DNA from: Candidatus Daviesbacteria bacterium
GTDB taxonomy: Bacteria; Patescibacteriota; Microgenomatia; Daviesbacterales; UBA10151
Direction of reading: 5' to 3'
Assembly: GCA_016176465.1 (NCBI GenBank)
Contig: JACOXD010000010.1
Coordinates: forward strand, 71,497-135,496
DNA: 64,000 bases
Below, one piece after another: positions 30,201 to 39,977 of this stretch (positions within the stretch are counted from its first letter, which is position 1; each line of letters opens with the position of its first letter). The notes beneath the pieces were generated by a model that was not told the origin of the DNA, ran no database searches, and saw nothing but the letters and a program-made list of their open reading frames with translations. The position numbers and the translations under genes are program-made.

Positions 30201-31033
30201 CTCCGCAGTGGCATGTCAAAATGCAATCAGCTTTTCAAAAATACACTGATAATGGAGTTTCTAAAACCATTAATTTACCCAATTCTGCCACCAGAGATGA
30301 TGTTGCAGCAGCTTACTTAGCTGCTTGGGAAACAGGCTGCAATGGAATAACAGTTTATAGAGATGGTTCCAAAACTACCCAAGTTCTAAATGTCTCTAAA
30401 ACACTTCAACCAAAAACTAATGGGTTAGTCCAAGAAGAGGTAACAGAGTTAAGTCAGGATTCCATAGTTTCTCGCCCGTTAATTTTGCGTGGCAGAACTT
30501 ATAAGATCCAAACTCCGGTTGGAGAGGGTTTCATCACTATCAATAGAGATGAAAAAGATGAGCCGTTTGAAGTATTTATTAATATAGGCAAGGGTGGAAT
30601 GCATACCATGGCAGATGCAGAAGCTATTGGTAGATTAGTTTCACTATCTTTGCGGATTTCCCGTTCCGGCAAAAATACACCAAGGCAAATTGCGGAAAAA
30701 ATTATCGCTCAACTAAGGGGTATTGGCGGAGGATCACATGTAGGGTTTGGCAAAAACAGGGTAATGAGTTTAGCAGATGCTATAGCAAAAGCACTCTCTG
30801 AGGATTTAGCAAATTCCAAAAAAGAAGAATCAGCAGAGGTAGTGCCGCTTAATTTAACTGAGGATCAACAGCCTGCGCCTGAAACAACAACAGGTAGGGA
30901 TGATGTAGCAGCTTCTAATTTAAGTTTACCTCTTAATAAAACAGCAGATTTATGTCCTGAATGTGGGGAAGTTACTCTAGTTAGGGAAGATGGTTGTGAG
31001 AAATGCTATAGCTGTGGATTTAGTAAATGCTAG
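27206..31033 (+). CDS. nrdJ: Class II (adenosylcobalamin-dependent) ribonucleotide reductase with intein
   Basis: PNSPT, SACFV, GGTRRGANM, NP-[intein]-CGEQ, IAPTGTIS and SKTIN motifs; C-terminal TSCPD/Zn ribbon. Start uncertain (27206, 27224 or 27260). Confidence 0.95.
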   Translation: MISKIKMKKINKSINLQIMPTSSPKRRTNGLRNSQVKDGLLKDVNSRTFETRLTPRYTKMPPLPTNSSQPSFSESSEKILKERYLLKGGNLETVETIAERFWHVAYDVASADFDFGATKKQVLNKALDFYKMMVQQEFLPNSPTIMNAGKQNGLQYSACFVLPVEDDLGGIFDSIKYAALIHQTGGGTGFAFSRLRPNGSRVKTTGGVASGPVSFLRVFNAATESIKQGGTRRGANMGILRIDHPDVLEFIRSKSDLDENNAPVYEEISQFLPEDSIRAHFKRLLLDRQISNFNISCAVTDKFMDAYAKGEDYDLIDPHNGEAVGKLNAKAVFDEIIDRAWDCADPGLIFIDRINNSPANPMKGVEEIESTNPCVTGKTWVHTSEGPKQVHDLIGKPFLARVNGTDHLSSLEGFFKTGNKNLLKLQTIEGYSLQLTADHLVRKVNVDTKRMEWIKAGELKSGDYIEINNHRINTAWSGKYTNQEGYLIGLLVGDGTLKSDKAVLSVWGGHNLPNLIPIAGVQSVMQVALDSSYTLPHRSDFLGWMALPSRNEHRLALGHIKNLALELGMLPGKKTITEGVEKASSDFYKGFLRGLFDADGSVQGYEGGRTSVRLAQSNLSFLEAVQRMLLRLGIFSHIYKNRRKAGKKLLPDGKGGYKDYTIKAQHELSITKDNILVFDELIGFSNSKKAKKLSQKIIAHNKRNFYKQEFIARVESINFEAKKEVYDVKIPGINYYDSNGIISHNCGEQPLAPWDACNLGSINLGKFVKDGQIDWEGLRKVTHQAVEFLDDVVQTNPYTLPQIYDEVHSNRRIGLGVMGWADMLFKMKVVYDSEEALELGEKVMKFINEEGHNKSLELAKKRGPFPNWPRSIYSDTADGSSFKSRPKSSAFKTNQPLRNSTVTTIAPTGTISIIGDCSSGIEPVFALAYIHRAKGDGGKTGNEMRYLTIANKTFTEIAKNEGFHSEDLASKVMDHGSVSGIEEVPTDWQKVFITAPEISPQWHVKMQSAFQKYTDNGVSKTINLPNSATRDDVAAAYLAAWETGCNGITVYRDGSKTTQVLNVSKTLQPKTNGLVQEEVTELSQDSIVSRPLILRGRTYKIQTPVGEGFITINRDEKDEPFEVFINIGKGGMHTMADAEAIGRLVSLSLRISRSGKNTPRQIAEKIIAQLRGIGGGSHVGFGKNRVMSLADAIAKALSEDLANSKKEESAEVVPLNLTEDQQPAPETTTGRDDVAASNLSLPLNKTADLCPECGEVTLVREDGCEKCYSCGFSKC
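28325..29440 (+). mobile_element. Intein with LAGLIDADG homing endonuclease (372 aa) in NrdJ
   Basis: Starts CVTG; block B LTADH; LIGLLVGDG and FLRGLFDADGS; ends VYD...SHN followed by Cys. Removal restores TNPCGEQPL. Confidence 0.95.
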
Positions 31034-31436
31034 GGTTTTCTCTAGCATTCCGGTTACCCTCCCAATATACTCTTAGGTTTCTCTGTAGTGCTTCTTTAGC
31101 TAAATCTTCAATTTCCTGAACTGAAATCACTCCTTGAAATATGTGATCCATTTGATCCCCAACATCTAATAAGGCCTCTTCAAATTCAGTCGCTTTTGAA
31201 GTTAATCTCCTGTCTCCATATGCAGCCAGGCGAGAAAAACCTGCTAGTATTCTTTTCTGAACCACATCATCCCAATTCCAGGAACACCTTCTCAATCCAG
31301 ACTCAACTTGACTCCTAAACCCTTCATGACCACTGGTTGCTATTGCTAAAGTTCTTATTTGAGGAATATTCATAGCCATCCAAAATGGCCTGCTTGCCAT
31401 TGTAGTTAGACCATAAATGCCGACAATGCCTTCCAT
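31020..31436 (-). CDS. Hypothetical protein (Lys-poor)
   Basis: 138-aa ORF, no recognisable motif. Confidence 0.55.
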   Translation of the reverse strand: MEGIVGIYGLTTMASRPFWMAMNIPQIRTLAIATSGHEGFRSQVESGLRRCSWNWDDVVQKRILAGFSRLAAYGDRRLTSKATEFEEALLDVGDQMDHIFQGVISVQEIEDLAKEALQRNLRVYWEGNRNARENPSIY

Positions 31437-31678
31437 AACAATTGGTTGAGTAGGATGTTGAGTAGGATAAAGAAATTCTAGTTCAACTCTGTCTCTTTGT
31501 AGGGCTCTAACAGCCTCTAAAGAGGCTATGTTTTGTAAGGTGTATTGTTAAAAAATCTTCTTCTTTCTGGCATACATTAAAAAAATATGTTAGATTAACC
31601 GGGAGTATAGGATCAAAATGGCAAAAAAGCAAGACAAAGATAAGAAGAAAATTAAATATAATACAGGGGGGAACCTTC

Positions 31679-32404
31679 AACCCCCGGGGTTGCCGCTCAA
31701 ACCTCATCAATTAGTTTATGCTTTATAAATTCTAATTGTTTTGCATAATCTACTTGATCTAGAATAAATTGTTCGTAGGCCTTTGGAGACTTAAAAAAGT
31801 CAAGAATTATTAGTTTGTCACAAATCCCTTTGGTATCTTTTATATATTCTCTATAAGAAGACCACTCATATTGAGTTATATCTTTTGTTAGATAAGAGAC
31901 AGTAGGATTTAAATGAATGTACCTTGAGAGATGGATTAATTGTTCATCTGATTCTACTAAAACTGCTTTAAATTCCCCCTGAAATAATGGTCCAACCCTC
32001 CTATATTTAATATTAAAGTATTTTGTGTAACTATTTGATAATTTACTAATAAATTCTGTAACTCCTCCATCTATCGTCTGTTTGACTAAAAAATGAAAAT
32101 GATTAGGCATTAAGCAAAAACAAATAACTTCTACAATTTTTTTAGAAAAATCTATTTTGGTCATTTTAGGTTGAAAAAATTTAGAATAGCTGGGTTTAGG
32201 TCCCTGAAGCTGATAATATGATAGAGATTTATAGAATCTTTGGTAATCGCGCCTATTATTAAAAATAGGTTTCTTTTCTACTCCCCGATTATAAATATGA
32301 TAATATTGACCATTTATTAAAGGGATGATTCTGCTTGGCATTACTAGCTCATATTAACAAAAATATCCGCAGGTTTCCACACAATCAACCCCGGGGGTTA
32401 CCAT
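31679..32404 (-). mobile_element. RAYT2 cassette bounded by AACCCC(C/G)GGGGTT palindromes
   Basis: Palindromes at 31679-31691 and 32387-32399. Confidence 0.8.
31697..32341 (-). CDS. REP-associated tyrosine transposase (RAYT)
   Basis: YHIYNRG, CLMPNHFHFL, GPLFQG, YIHLNP and WSS motifs. Confidence 0.92.
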   Translation of the reverse strand: MPSRIIPLINGQYYHIYNRGVEKKPIFNNRRDYQRFYKSLSYYQLQGPKPSYSKFFQPKMTKIDFSKKIVEVICFCLMPNHFHFLVKQTIDGGVTEFISKLSNSYTKYFNIKYRRVGPLFQGEFKAVLVESDEQLIHLSRYIHLNPTVSYLTKDITQYEWSSYREYIKDTKGICDKLIILDFFKSPKAYEQFILDQVDYAKQLEFIKHKLIDEV

Positions 32405-32437
32405 GGTAAAAAAACGTTAATTGTGTATATTACAAAC

Positions 32438-33013
32438 ATGTCTGAACAAAAGAAAAATATAAAGAAAAAAATTAAATATAAGGAAACTAATAAAGGTTTG
32501 GTGATTGTTTATACAGGTGAGGGAAAAGGGAAAACTACAGCTGCGTTGGGTTTAGCATTAAGGGCAGCGGGCTATAAAAGAAAGGTTTTAATAGTGCAAT
32601 TTGGCAAAATTTGGTTTACAGGAGAATTGGAGGGAGTTAAAAAATTAGCTCCTTATGTAAAATTAGTTCAGGGAGGTTTGGGATTTGTAAAGATTTTTGA
32701 TGATAACTCCCCTTTTTCTGATCATGTAAAAGTAGCTAATAAAACATTTAACTTCCTATATAAAGAGGTAACTTCTGGAAAATATGATGTAGTGGTTGCA
32801 GATGAGATTGTAGGAGCGTTGGCAGGGAAATTACTCAAACACTCTCAAGTTGCTAAGTTAATTAAAGATAAACCTAAAGATTTGGATTTAATCCTTACAG
32901 GCCATCATGGCAAACCTAGCCTCTTTAAATTAGCAGATTTAGTTACAGAGATGACTCCCATAAAGCACCCTTTTGATAAAGGCTTTTTAGCCAAATCGGG
33001 AGTAGATTATTAA
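32438..33013 (+). CDS. cobO: Cob(I)alamin adenosyltransferase CobO/BtuR
   Basis: VYTGEGKGKTTAALG, QF.K-like, DE, LTG, ADLVTEM...KHPF..G and G.DY motifs. ORF track start is 32423. Confidence 0.92.
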   Translation: MSEQKKNIKKKIKYKETNKGLVIVYTGEGKGKTTAALGLALRAAGYKRKVLIVQFGKIWFTGELEGVKKLAPYVKLVQGGLGFVKIFDDNSPFSDHVKVANKTFNFLYKEVTSGKYDVVVADEIVGALAGKLLKHSQVAKLIKDKPKDLDLILTGHHGKPSLFKLADLVTEMTPIKHPFDKGFLAKSGVDY

Positions 33014-33078
33014 ATATAGGGCTTTTACATCACTATTGTTTAATTAGATTCAAAGAGATACTATATAAAGTAAGTATC

Positions 33079-33115
33079 TTGACAGATATTAGCACTCATG
33101 TTAGTATTCTGCTAA
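33079..33115 (+). promoter_or_regulatory. Sigma-70 promoter overlapped by a CIRCE-like HrcA operator upstream of lon
   Basis: TTGACA at 33079, 17-nt spacer, TAGTAT; TTAGCACTC-N9-TTCTGCTAA at 33089-33115 (consensus TTAGCACTC-N9-GAGTGCTAA). Confidence 0.7.
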
Positions 33116-33119
33116 TAAA

Positions 33120-35525
33120 ATGGCAATAGATTCAATAACTAATCCCATTAAATTGAAATCCTCCCATCCTGTAGGTTTACTTAGGGGTACAGTTATCTTT
33201 CCTGGAAATAGTATTCCTATTGTTTCAGGCAGATCTAAATCCAAAGCAGCTTTGGATGCTGCCTGGGAAGGGGATAGAGTAATTGTTTTTGTAACTCAAA
33301 AGAATGAAAGAATAGAAGACCCCAAAGAAGCTGATCTTTACTCTGTAGGTACTGTTTGTTTACTTAGAAGATTAATCAAAATTGATGGGGAGTATACAGT
33401 TACCGCAGAGGGAATAATGAGAGTATATATTAAATCTTTCCTCAAAACTGAGCCTCATATGGAGGCGGAAATTGAAGAGATCCCCGAGCTTTATGAAAAA
33501 AATGAAGAGACTGAAGCTTTAATGAGAACTGTTAAAGATCAACTAAAAAGATTTTTAGAATTGGGGGGAAATTCTTTATTTGATCCCAGTTCTTTGTCAA
33601 ACTGGTCACATTTTTCAGGTAGCGATGATCCAAATCAACTAGTTAACTCAATCTCCCAGGCAATAGATTTTAAAACTATAGATAAACAGCAAATTTTAGA
33701 AATGGTTTCTGCTGCTGATAGGTTAAGAAGAGTTTCTGAACTGCTAGCCAAAGAGATTAGAGTTTTGGAAATTTATCAAAAAATCTCCTCTCATACCCAA
33801 GAGCGAGTTTCCAAAATGACCAAAGAGGCAATTTTAAGAGAGCAAATGAGAAGTATTGAGGAAGAGTTAGGGGAATCTGGAGAAAATCAAGAAATTAGGG
33901 AATTTGAGTTAAAAATTAGAAAAGCTAATATGCCAAAAGAGGTTAGAGAAAAGGCAACCAAAGAGCTATCAAGACTTTCTAAAATGTCATCCTACAACCC
34001 TGAGGCTGCTTATATTAGAAATTATTTAGAGTGGTTAACAGATTTACCTTGGAGAGTTAGTGGCAAAATTAAGATTGACCTTAAAAAGGCTCAGGGAATT
34101 TTGGATGAAGACCATTATGGTTTATCTAAAGTGAAGGAGCGAATTTTGGAATATTTAGCAGTCCATAAACTCTCAGGAAAAGTTAAGGGTCCAATTTTAT
34201 GTTTTGTTGGACCTCCAGGAACAGGAAAAACTTCTATTGGTAAATCTATTGCCCGGGCTTTAAATCGAAAATTTGTTAAAGTTTCCTTAGGTGGAGTTAG
34301 GGACGAGGCAGAGATTAGGGGTCATAGAAGAACTTATGTTGGCTCAATGCCGGGGAGAGTAATTCAGGGTGTTAAGCAAGCAAATACGACCAATCCTGTT
34401 TTTATGTTGGATGAAATTGATAAATTAGGTGCAGATTATAGAGGAGATCCATCAGCAGCATTACTTGAAGCTTTGGATCCTGAACAAAACTTTGCTTTCT
34501 CAGATCACTACCTAGAGGTTCCTTATGATTTATCTAATGTGATGTTCATTACAACAGCCAATATTTTAGATACTATTCCTCCAGCCTTGCGGGATAGGTT
34601 AGAAGTTATACCTTATCCGGGTTATACCCAAGATGAGAAATTCCATATTGCCAAAAAGTTTTTAATCCCCAAAATTGTTAAATCCCACGGTCTAAAGGAG
34701 GACCAAATAGATTTTAACGATGAGGCTATTAATTTTATAATCCAGGCTTATACCAGAGAGGCTGGAGTAAGAAATTTAGAGAGAGAGCTTTCGGCAATTG
34801 TTAGAAAAATCGCGAGAAAGATAGCTGAAGGAGAGAAAGTTAAATCTTATGCAATAACTACTCAAGTAGTGGAAGAGTTATTAGGGCCAATTAAATTTAT
34901 TCCTCAACTGGCAGAGATAGAAGATATGGTGGGTGCTTCAACAGGTCTTTCTGTAACTGAAGCAGGAGGAGATGTTTTGTTTATAGAAGTTACTTTAATG
35001 CCTGGTAAAGGAGCTGTACAACTTACAGGTCAACTTGGGGAAGTAATGAAGGAATCAGCCCAAGCTGCCATGAGCTATGTTAGATCTAATTGGAACAAGC
35101 TTTCACTGCCTGAGAGATTTTTCCATAAAGTAGATGTTCATGTACATGTACCTGAAGGTGCTATACCAAAGGATGGTCCATCAGCAGGTATTGCCCTAAC
35201 AACTGCTATAGTTTCAGCTTTTACTAAAATCTCTGTTAGAAAAGATGTTGCAATGACTGGAGAGGTTACTTTAAGGGGAAGAGTTTTAGAGATTGGTGGA
35301 TTTAAGGAAAAGGTCTTAGCAGCTCATCGGGCTGGAGTAAAAATAGTCATTGCACCTGAACATAATAGAAAAGATCTAATAGATATTCCAAAGTATGTCC
35401 AAGATGATTTAGAATTTCACTTTGTTAAGCATATGGATGAGGTTTTAAAAGTAGCTTTAATCAGACCACCACTACCTTCTCAGCCAAAAAGAGTTATTCC
35501 CACCCATCAACCTGCGCTAGCTTAA
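33120..35525 (+). CDS. lon: Lon protease
   Basis: [21 protein letters not shown] and PKDGPSAG motifs. Confidence 0.98.
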   Translation: MAIDSITNPIKLKSSHPVGLLRGTVIFPGNSIPIVSGRSKSKAALDAAWEGDRVIVFVTQKNERIEDPKEADLYSVGTVCLLRRLIKIDGEYTVTAEGIMRVYIKSFLKTEPHMEAEIEEIPELYEKNEETEALMRTVKDQLKRFLELGGNSLFDPSSLSNWSHFSGSDDPNQLVNSISQAIDFKTIDKQQILEMVSAADRLRRVSELLAKEIRVLEIYQKISSHTQERVSKMTKEAILREQMRSIEEELGESGENQEIREFELKIRKANMPKEVREKATKELSRLSKMSSYNPEAAYIRNYLEWLTDLPWRVSGKIKIDLKKAQGILDEDHYGLSKVKERILEYLAVHKLSGKVKGPILCFVGPPGTGKTSIGKSIARALNRKFVKVSLGGVRDEAEIRGHRRTYVGSMPGRVIQGVKQANTTNPVFMLDEIDKLGADYRGDPSAALLEALDPEQNFAFSDHYLEVPYDLSNVMFITTANILDTIPPALRDRLEVIPYPGYTQDEKFHIAKKFLIPKIVKSHGLKEDQIDFNDEAINFIIQAYTREAGVRNLERELSAIVRKIARKIAEGEKVKSYAITTQVVEELLGPIKFIPQLAEIEDMVGASTGLSVTEAGGDVLFIEVTLMPGKGAVQLTGQLGEVMKESAQAAMSYVRSNWNKLSLPERFFHKVDVHVHVPEGAIPKDGPSAGIALTTAIVSAFTKISVRKDVAMTGEVTLRGRVLEIGGFKEKVLAAHRAGVKIVIAPEHNRKDLIDIPKYVQDDLEFHFVKHMDEVLKVALIRPPLPSQPKRVIPTHQPALA

Positions 35526-36239
35526 ATGGTTTCAGAATTATTCAAGAGTAAGAATTTTTTAATAACAGGGGTTGGCAGTGGAATAGGAAGAGGGTTAGCA
35601 TGGGAAGCGGAAGCCTTGGGGGCTAGTGTTTACGGAGTAGACCTTTTTCCACCACAGGATATTCCCACAACAATGAGATTAAGTTTTTTTCATGGAGATA
35701 TAACGGATGAAGAAAGAATGGGGGTAATTGCTGAGCAGCTAAGGACGCAGTCAATAACTATAGATTATTTAGTTCTGGCAGCAGGAATAGGAAGTACTCA
35801 TCCAAAGGAGAAAATCCTAAGTGTAAATTCAGGAGGAACTAGGATTTCTTATAGCGCTTTTAATGGATTATTAGTGCAAAGGGCCACGGTTATTTTCCTC
35901 TCTTCAGATTTAATAAACCTTGAAGACCCTGCAACTTCAGCATATGTACAATCTAAAAAAGAAGTTTCTGAGTTTGCTCAAATACTAGCTAGGGAAAGAA
36001 CCGATTTAAGAGCCCTAACTCTTTTACCAGGACCTGTTGATACACCATTATTTAGAGGAAATAAACCTCAAGAAGTTATTAATAGGATTAGGGATGAGCA
36101 TGGGATATTAAGTCCTGAGGAATTTGCAGGAATAATTTTAAGGCAAGTATTATCAGATCAAGTATTATCAGATCTGGAAGCTTATCCTGGTGGTTCTCAA
36201 ATAAGAATCTATAAAAATATCTTAGAAAAATTAGCTTAA
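35526..36239 (+). CDS. SDR-family oxidoreductase (divergent)
   Basis: TGVGSGIG, YVQSK (YxxxK) and PGPVDT motifs. Confidence 0.8.
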   Translation: MVSELFKSKNFLITGVGSGIGRGLAWEAEALGASVYGVDLFPPQDIPTTMRLSFFHGDITDEERMGVIAEQLRTQSITIDYLVLAAGIGSTHPKEKILSVNSGGTRISYSAFNGLLVQRATVIFLSSDLINLEDPATSAYVQSKKEVSEFAQILARERTDLRALTLLPGPVDTPLFRGNKPQEVINRIRDEHGILSPEEFAGIILRQVLSDQVLSDLEAYPGGSQIRIYKNILEKLA

Positions 36240-36244
36240 AAGTT

Positions 36245-36340
36245 AAATATCCGCAGGTTGCCACATAAACAACCCCGGGGGTTGCCTAGCTTAAATGGCT
36301 ATAGCGCAATGTGTAGCTATTTTCCACCTCTAGTGTGGAA
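36245..36340. repeat. Mosaic of a RAYT2-type unit and a CCACC-type palindrome
   Basis: AAATATCCGCAGGTT...AACCCCGGGGGTT (36245-36283), then TTCCACCTCTAGTGTGGAA (36322-36340). Confidence 0.8.
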
Positions 36341-36350
36341 GTGGTTGAAG

Positions 36351-36980
36351 TTAGAACTTATTGGCAATTGCTGTTAGATACTGATGACCAAAATAATCAT
36401 GTTGGTAGGTAGCTTGAGGTTCATAGGCACACCTTGATAAAATATCTAGGATTTCACCCTCCGTATAGTAAGATATTAATCTCTCATCACCATAAGTTCG
36501 AGAGATACCTCCTACTTTTCTTCTCCCCCTAGCTCGCGATTGGAGAACTCCAACTGCTAAAACTGCATCACCAGTTGTAAACCCTCTAATTTGTCTTAAG
36601 ACATGAGGCAACATCCTATGAGGGAGGTGAGTTCCAATAGATGTGAATGCCCATATTCCTGCGAATCTTCTACCAAAATCAGGAAAATTCATAAAGTCCC
36701 CTTGGATGCTTTCAAAACCTCGCTCTCTGGTCATTTCTAGCATGGGGGCTGATGCATCAAAACAAACCACCCTTAACCCAAGCTCTCTTAACCGTTCTGA
36801 CTCATAGCCTGGACCACTACCTACATTAAGAACCTCTGATCCTTGAGGTATTCCTTCTGCAAAGTCTGTAAATATTTCATTAGGAAAATCTCTCCAAAAA
36901 AGGGAATAATCTCTAGCGTACCTTTGGGCTACTTGGGGATCGCTGTAAGCTTCTATTGTAGTTGCGTGATCTAATGCCAT
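36351..36980 (-). CDS. Class I SAM-dependent methyltransferase
   Basis: VLNVGSGPG motif I; D.S..ML, GDF and GIWA..S..H motifs. Confidence 0.85.
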   Translation of the reverse strand: MALDHATTIEAYSDPQVAQRYARDYSLFWRDFPNEIFTDFAEGIPQGSEVLNVGSGPGYESERLRELGLRVVCFDASAPMLEMTRERGFESIQGDFMNFPDFGRRFAGIWAFTSIGTHLPHRMLPHVLRQIRGFTTGDAVLAVGVLQSRARGRRKVGGISRTYGDERLISYYTEGEILDILSRCAYEPQATYQHDYFGHQYLTAIANKF

Positions 36981-37126
36981 AATTTATTCTACCAATCAAT
37001 TATATATTTTTTAATACCCTATAGTCAAACTGCCTGCTATTGACACTAATTAACTTATAGTGTAAATTTCCCCTAATCAATTTTCTGCCTTCCATTTTTT
37101 GGAAATTTTGCATAATATAAAAAGAC

Positions 37127-39121
37127 ATGGAATTTTTGTTTAACAATATTGACCTTCTTATTTGGGGAGCAGCAGGTGCTGCCATTTTATATGGAATAAT
37201 CCTCTCTGTATCCATACTTTCTCTACCCACTGGTACAGATAAAATGAGGGAAATTGCCTCAGCTATTCAAAAAGGAGCCGGCGCCTACCTTTTTCAGCAA
37301 TATAAAATTGTAGGTGTTGTAGCCTTAGTATTTTCTGTTTTAATTTACCAAGCTTTAGGTTTAAATAGCGCTTATGGATTTTTAATTGGTGCATTTTTTT
37401 CTGCTTTGGCTGGATTAATAGGCATGTCTGTGGCAGTTAGGGCAAATATTAGGTGTGCGGAGGCAGCTAATGATGGTTTGGGAAAAGCATTTGATGTAGC
37501 TTATAAAGGTGGAGCTGTTACCGGGTTTTTAGTGGTTGGTTTAGCTTTAGCTGCTGTATATGGATTTTATCAATATACCCATGATATTAAAGCGCTGATT
37601 TCTTTGGGTTTTGGTGGATCTTTAATCTCTGTTTTTGCCAGGTTAGGTGGGGGGATATATACAAAAGGTGCAGATGTGGGAACAGATATGGTAGGTAAAG
37701 TAGAAGCAGGTATTCCTGAGGATGATCCAAGAAATCCAGGAGTTATTGCAGATTTGGTTGGGGATAATGTTGGAGATGACGCAGGAATGGCAGCAGATGT
37801 TTTTGAAACATATGTTATAACTATAATTGCGGCAATTTTACTGGGTCAATTTTTAATTCCTGGGAACTCTCAAATAATTAATTTTCCGCTAGCTTTAATG
37901 GCAGTTGCTACCTTTGCATCTATTGTAGGAAGTTTTTTTGTTAAGTTATCCGGTAAAAAAATTATGGGTGCGCTTTATCAAGGGTTAATTGTCACCATGG
38001 TTTTAGCCACCATTTTGTTTTATTTTGTCACCAATAGCTTAATGGTTGATAATGGGGTCTATTCTCCATTAAATCTTTTTTTTGCTTCTTTAATTGGACT
38101 TATTGTGACAGCGGGAATGATGGTAATTACTGAATTTTATACCGGGACAAAATGGGGGCCAGTCAAATTTTTGGCTCAAGCTTCTAAAACTGGACATGGC
38201 ACAAATATTATTGCTGGTTTAGCGCTATCTATGCAATCCACTTTTGCTCCTATTCTATTAATAGCCGCTGCAACTTTGGTTGCATATTCTTTAGCAGGGT
38301 TATATGGAGTAGCAGTAGCTGCTTTAGGAATGCTTTCTTTAACAGGAATTGTAGTAGCAATTGATGCATTTGGGCCAATTACAGATAATGCCGGTGGAAT
38401 TGCCGAAATGTCAGGTATGTCGCCTAAAGTAAGAGCTGTAACTGATCCACTGGACGCTGTTGGAAATACTACCAAAGCAGTTACTAAATCTTATGCAATT
38501 GGCTCCGCAGGATTAGCAGCACTGGTATTATTTGCAGCATATGCAGAGGAGCTTGGTTCAAATTTAGTATTTAGTCTTTCAGACCCCAGAGTTATTATTG
38601 GGTTATTTATTGGTGGGGCAATGCCTTATCTTTTTGCTGCTTTTGCCATGGAAGCAGTAGGCAAAGCAGGGGCAGCTGTAGTTGAGGAAGTGAGAAGACA
38701 GTTTAAAAAGATTAAGGGAATTATGGAGGGTAGCGCCAAACCTGACTATGGAAGTGCTGTCTCTATTGTTACTGCTGCAGCCCAAAAACAGATGCTTGTT
38801 CCAGCTTTAATCCCAATTGCCATTCCCATTTTAGTTGGGTATTTACTTGGTCCACTAGCTTTGGGAGGATTATTAATTGGTACTATAGTTACAGGGTTAT
38901 TTGTAGCAATTTCTATGACCACAGGTGGAGCTGCTTGGGATAATGCAAAAAAATATATTGAGGCAGGGAATTTAGGGGGGAAGGGTAGTTTTGCTCACCA
39001 AGCAGCAGTTACAGGAGATACCGTTGGAGATCCATACAAAGATACAGCAGGTCCTGCTATTAATCCCATGATCAAGGTAGCAAATATAGTAGCATTACTC
39101 TTTGTGTCTTTTATCAAATAA
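37127..39121 (+). CDS. hppA: Membrane H+-translocating pyrophosphatase, probably K+-independent
   Basis: [21 protein letters not shown] (Lys at the K+-dependence position) and GDTVGDP motifs. Confidence 0.95.
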   Translation: MEFLFNNIDLLIWGAAGAAILYGIILSVSILSLPTGTDKMREIASAIQKGAGAYLFQQYKIVGVVALVFSVLIYQALGLNSAYGFLIGAFFSALAGLIGMSVAVRANIRCAEAANDGLGKAFDVAYKGGAVTGFLVVGLALAAVYGFYQYTHDIKALISLGFGGSLISVFARLGGGIYTKGADVGTDMVGKVEAGIPEDDPRNPGVIADLVGDNVGDDAGMAADVFETYVITIIAAILLGQFLIPGNSQIINFPLALMAVATFASIVGSFFVKLSGKKIMGALYQGLIVTMVLATILFYFVTNSLMVDNGVYSPLNLFFASLIGLIVTAGMMVITEFYTGTKWGPVKFLAQASKTGHGTNIIAGLALSMQSTFAPILLIAAATLVAYSLAGLYGVAVAALGMLSLTGIVVAIDAFGPITDNAGGIAEMSGMSPKVRAVTDPLDAVGNTTKAVTKSYAIGSAGLAALVLFAAYAEELGSNLVFSLSDPRVIIGLFIGGAMPYLFAAFAMEAVGKAGAAVVEEVRRQFKKIKGIMEGSAKPDYGSAVSIVTAAAQKQMLVPALIPIAIPILVGYLLGPLALGGLLIGTIVTGLFVAISMTTGGAAWDNAKKYIEAGNLGGKGSFAHQAAVTGDTVGDPYKDTAGPAINPMIKVANIVALLFVSFIK

Positions 39122-39199
39122 CCACTTTACTATTTTATTCCTTGTTTACGAACCTCCAATCCCGGTTTGGAAATGAACCTCCAATCCGGGATTGTAGGT

Positions 39200-39847
39200 T
39201 CATTCATAGTCAATAATAAGATGTTTAATTTGCTCTAGTGTTTTGCCATATTCCGCTTGATCCATAACAAATTGTTTGTAGTCCTCTGGTTTGGCAAAAA
39301 ATTTCAAAATCTCCTCTTTAGCCAAGGGATAAATATTATTACTATTTAAAAAAGAGTGATAAGAAGACCAGGTGTAAAAATCTAAATTTTTAACCAAAAA
39401 AGAAACTAACGGATTTAAGTGGATATATCTCGATAAATGGATTAGCTGTTCATCTGTTTCTACCCTAACAGCTTTAAACATACCTTGGAAAACTGGTCCT
39501 TGATGGTTATGTTTTAGGTTGTGGTATTTAGTGTAGCTATGGGTAAATCTTCTCATAAACTCTGATATTCCACCATCTTTTATTTGTTTAACCAGTAAAT
39601 GAAAATGATTAGGCATTAGACAAAAACATAAAATATCAACAATCTTTTTAGTTGTATCCATAGGAAATATTTTTGATTGCTTATAAAGAGATAATTTAGG
39701 TTTTGGATTTTGAATCTGATAATAAAAAAATGCCTGAATAAAACGTTTGTAATCTCTTTGGTCATTAAATATTATTTGCTTCTGTAGTCCCCTATTAAAA
39801 AGATGATAATATTCTCCATCTACAAAAGGAATAGTTCTATATGGCAT
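39200..39847 (-). CDS. REP-associated tyrosine transposase (RAYT)
   Basis: YHLFNRG, CLMPNHFHLL, YIHLNP and WSS motifs. Start moved to ATG 39847 (MPYR, like MPSR and MPAK in the paralogs). Confidence 0.92.
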   Translation of the reverse strand: MPYRTIPFVDGEYYHLFNRGLQKQIIFNDQRDYKRFIQAFFYYQIQNPKPKLSLYKQSKIFPMDTTKKIVDILCFCLMPNHFHLLVKQIKDGGISEFMRRFTHSYTKYHNLKHNHQGPVFQGMFKAVRVETDEQLIHLSRYIHLNPLVSFLVKNLDFYTWSSYHSFLNSNNIYPLAKEEILKFFAKPEDYKQFVMDQAEYGKTLEQIKHLIIDYE

Positions 39848-39854
39848 AAACTTC

Positions 39855-39883
39855 AATTTAACTTTCCAATCCCGGTTTGTCAA
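39855..39883 (-). promoter_or_regulatory. RAYT3 promoter embedded in the repeat doublet
   Basis: Minus strand: TTGACA, 17 nt (AACCGGGATTGGAAAGT), TAAATT, 7 nt, ATG. Confidence 0.65.
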
Positions 39884-39977
39884 TATGTTTCCAATCCGGG
39901 ATTGTTATGCCGTTGCAATCACTAAAAATTACTTGGTTGCAGCCAAACCCTTCTACTCCTATAATCTTAAGATTACA

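Larger units (their letters stand above)
39150..39904 (-). mobile_element. RAYT3 cassette flanked by identical palindrome doublets
   Basis: CCAATCCCGGTTTG plus CCAATCCGGGATTG, 25 bp apart, at 39156/39181 and 39866/39891. Confidence 0.85.

Noticed and set aside
36144-36173. 15-bp tandem duplication (QVLSD x2) in the SDR gene; also a 12-bp duplication at 31445-31468
   Set aside because: Local slippage with no palindrome and no copies elsewhere.
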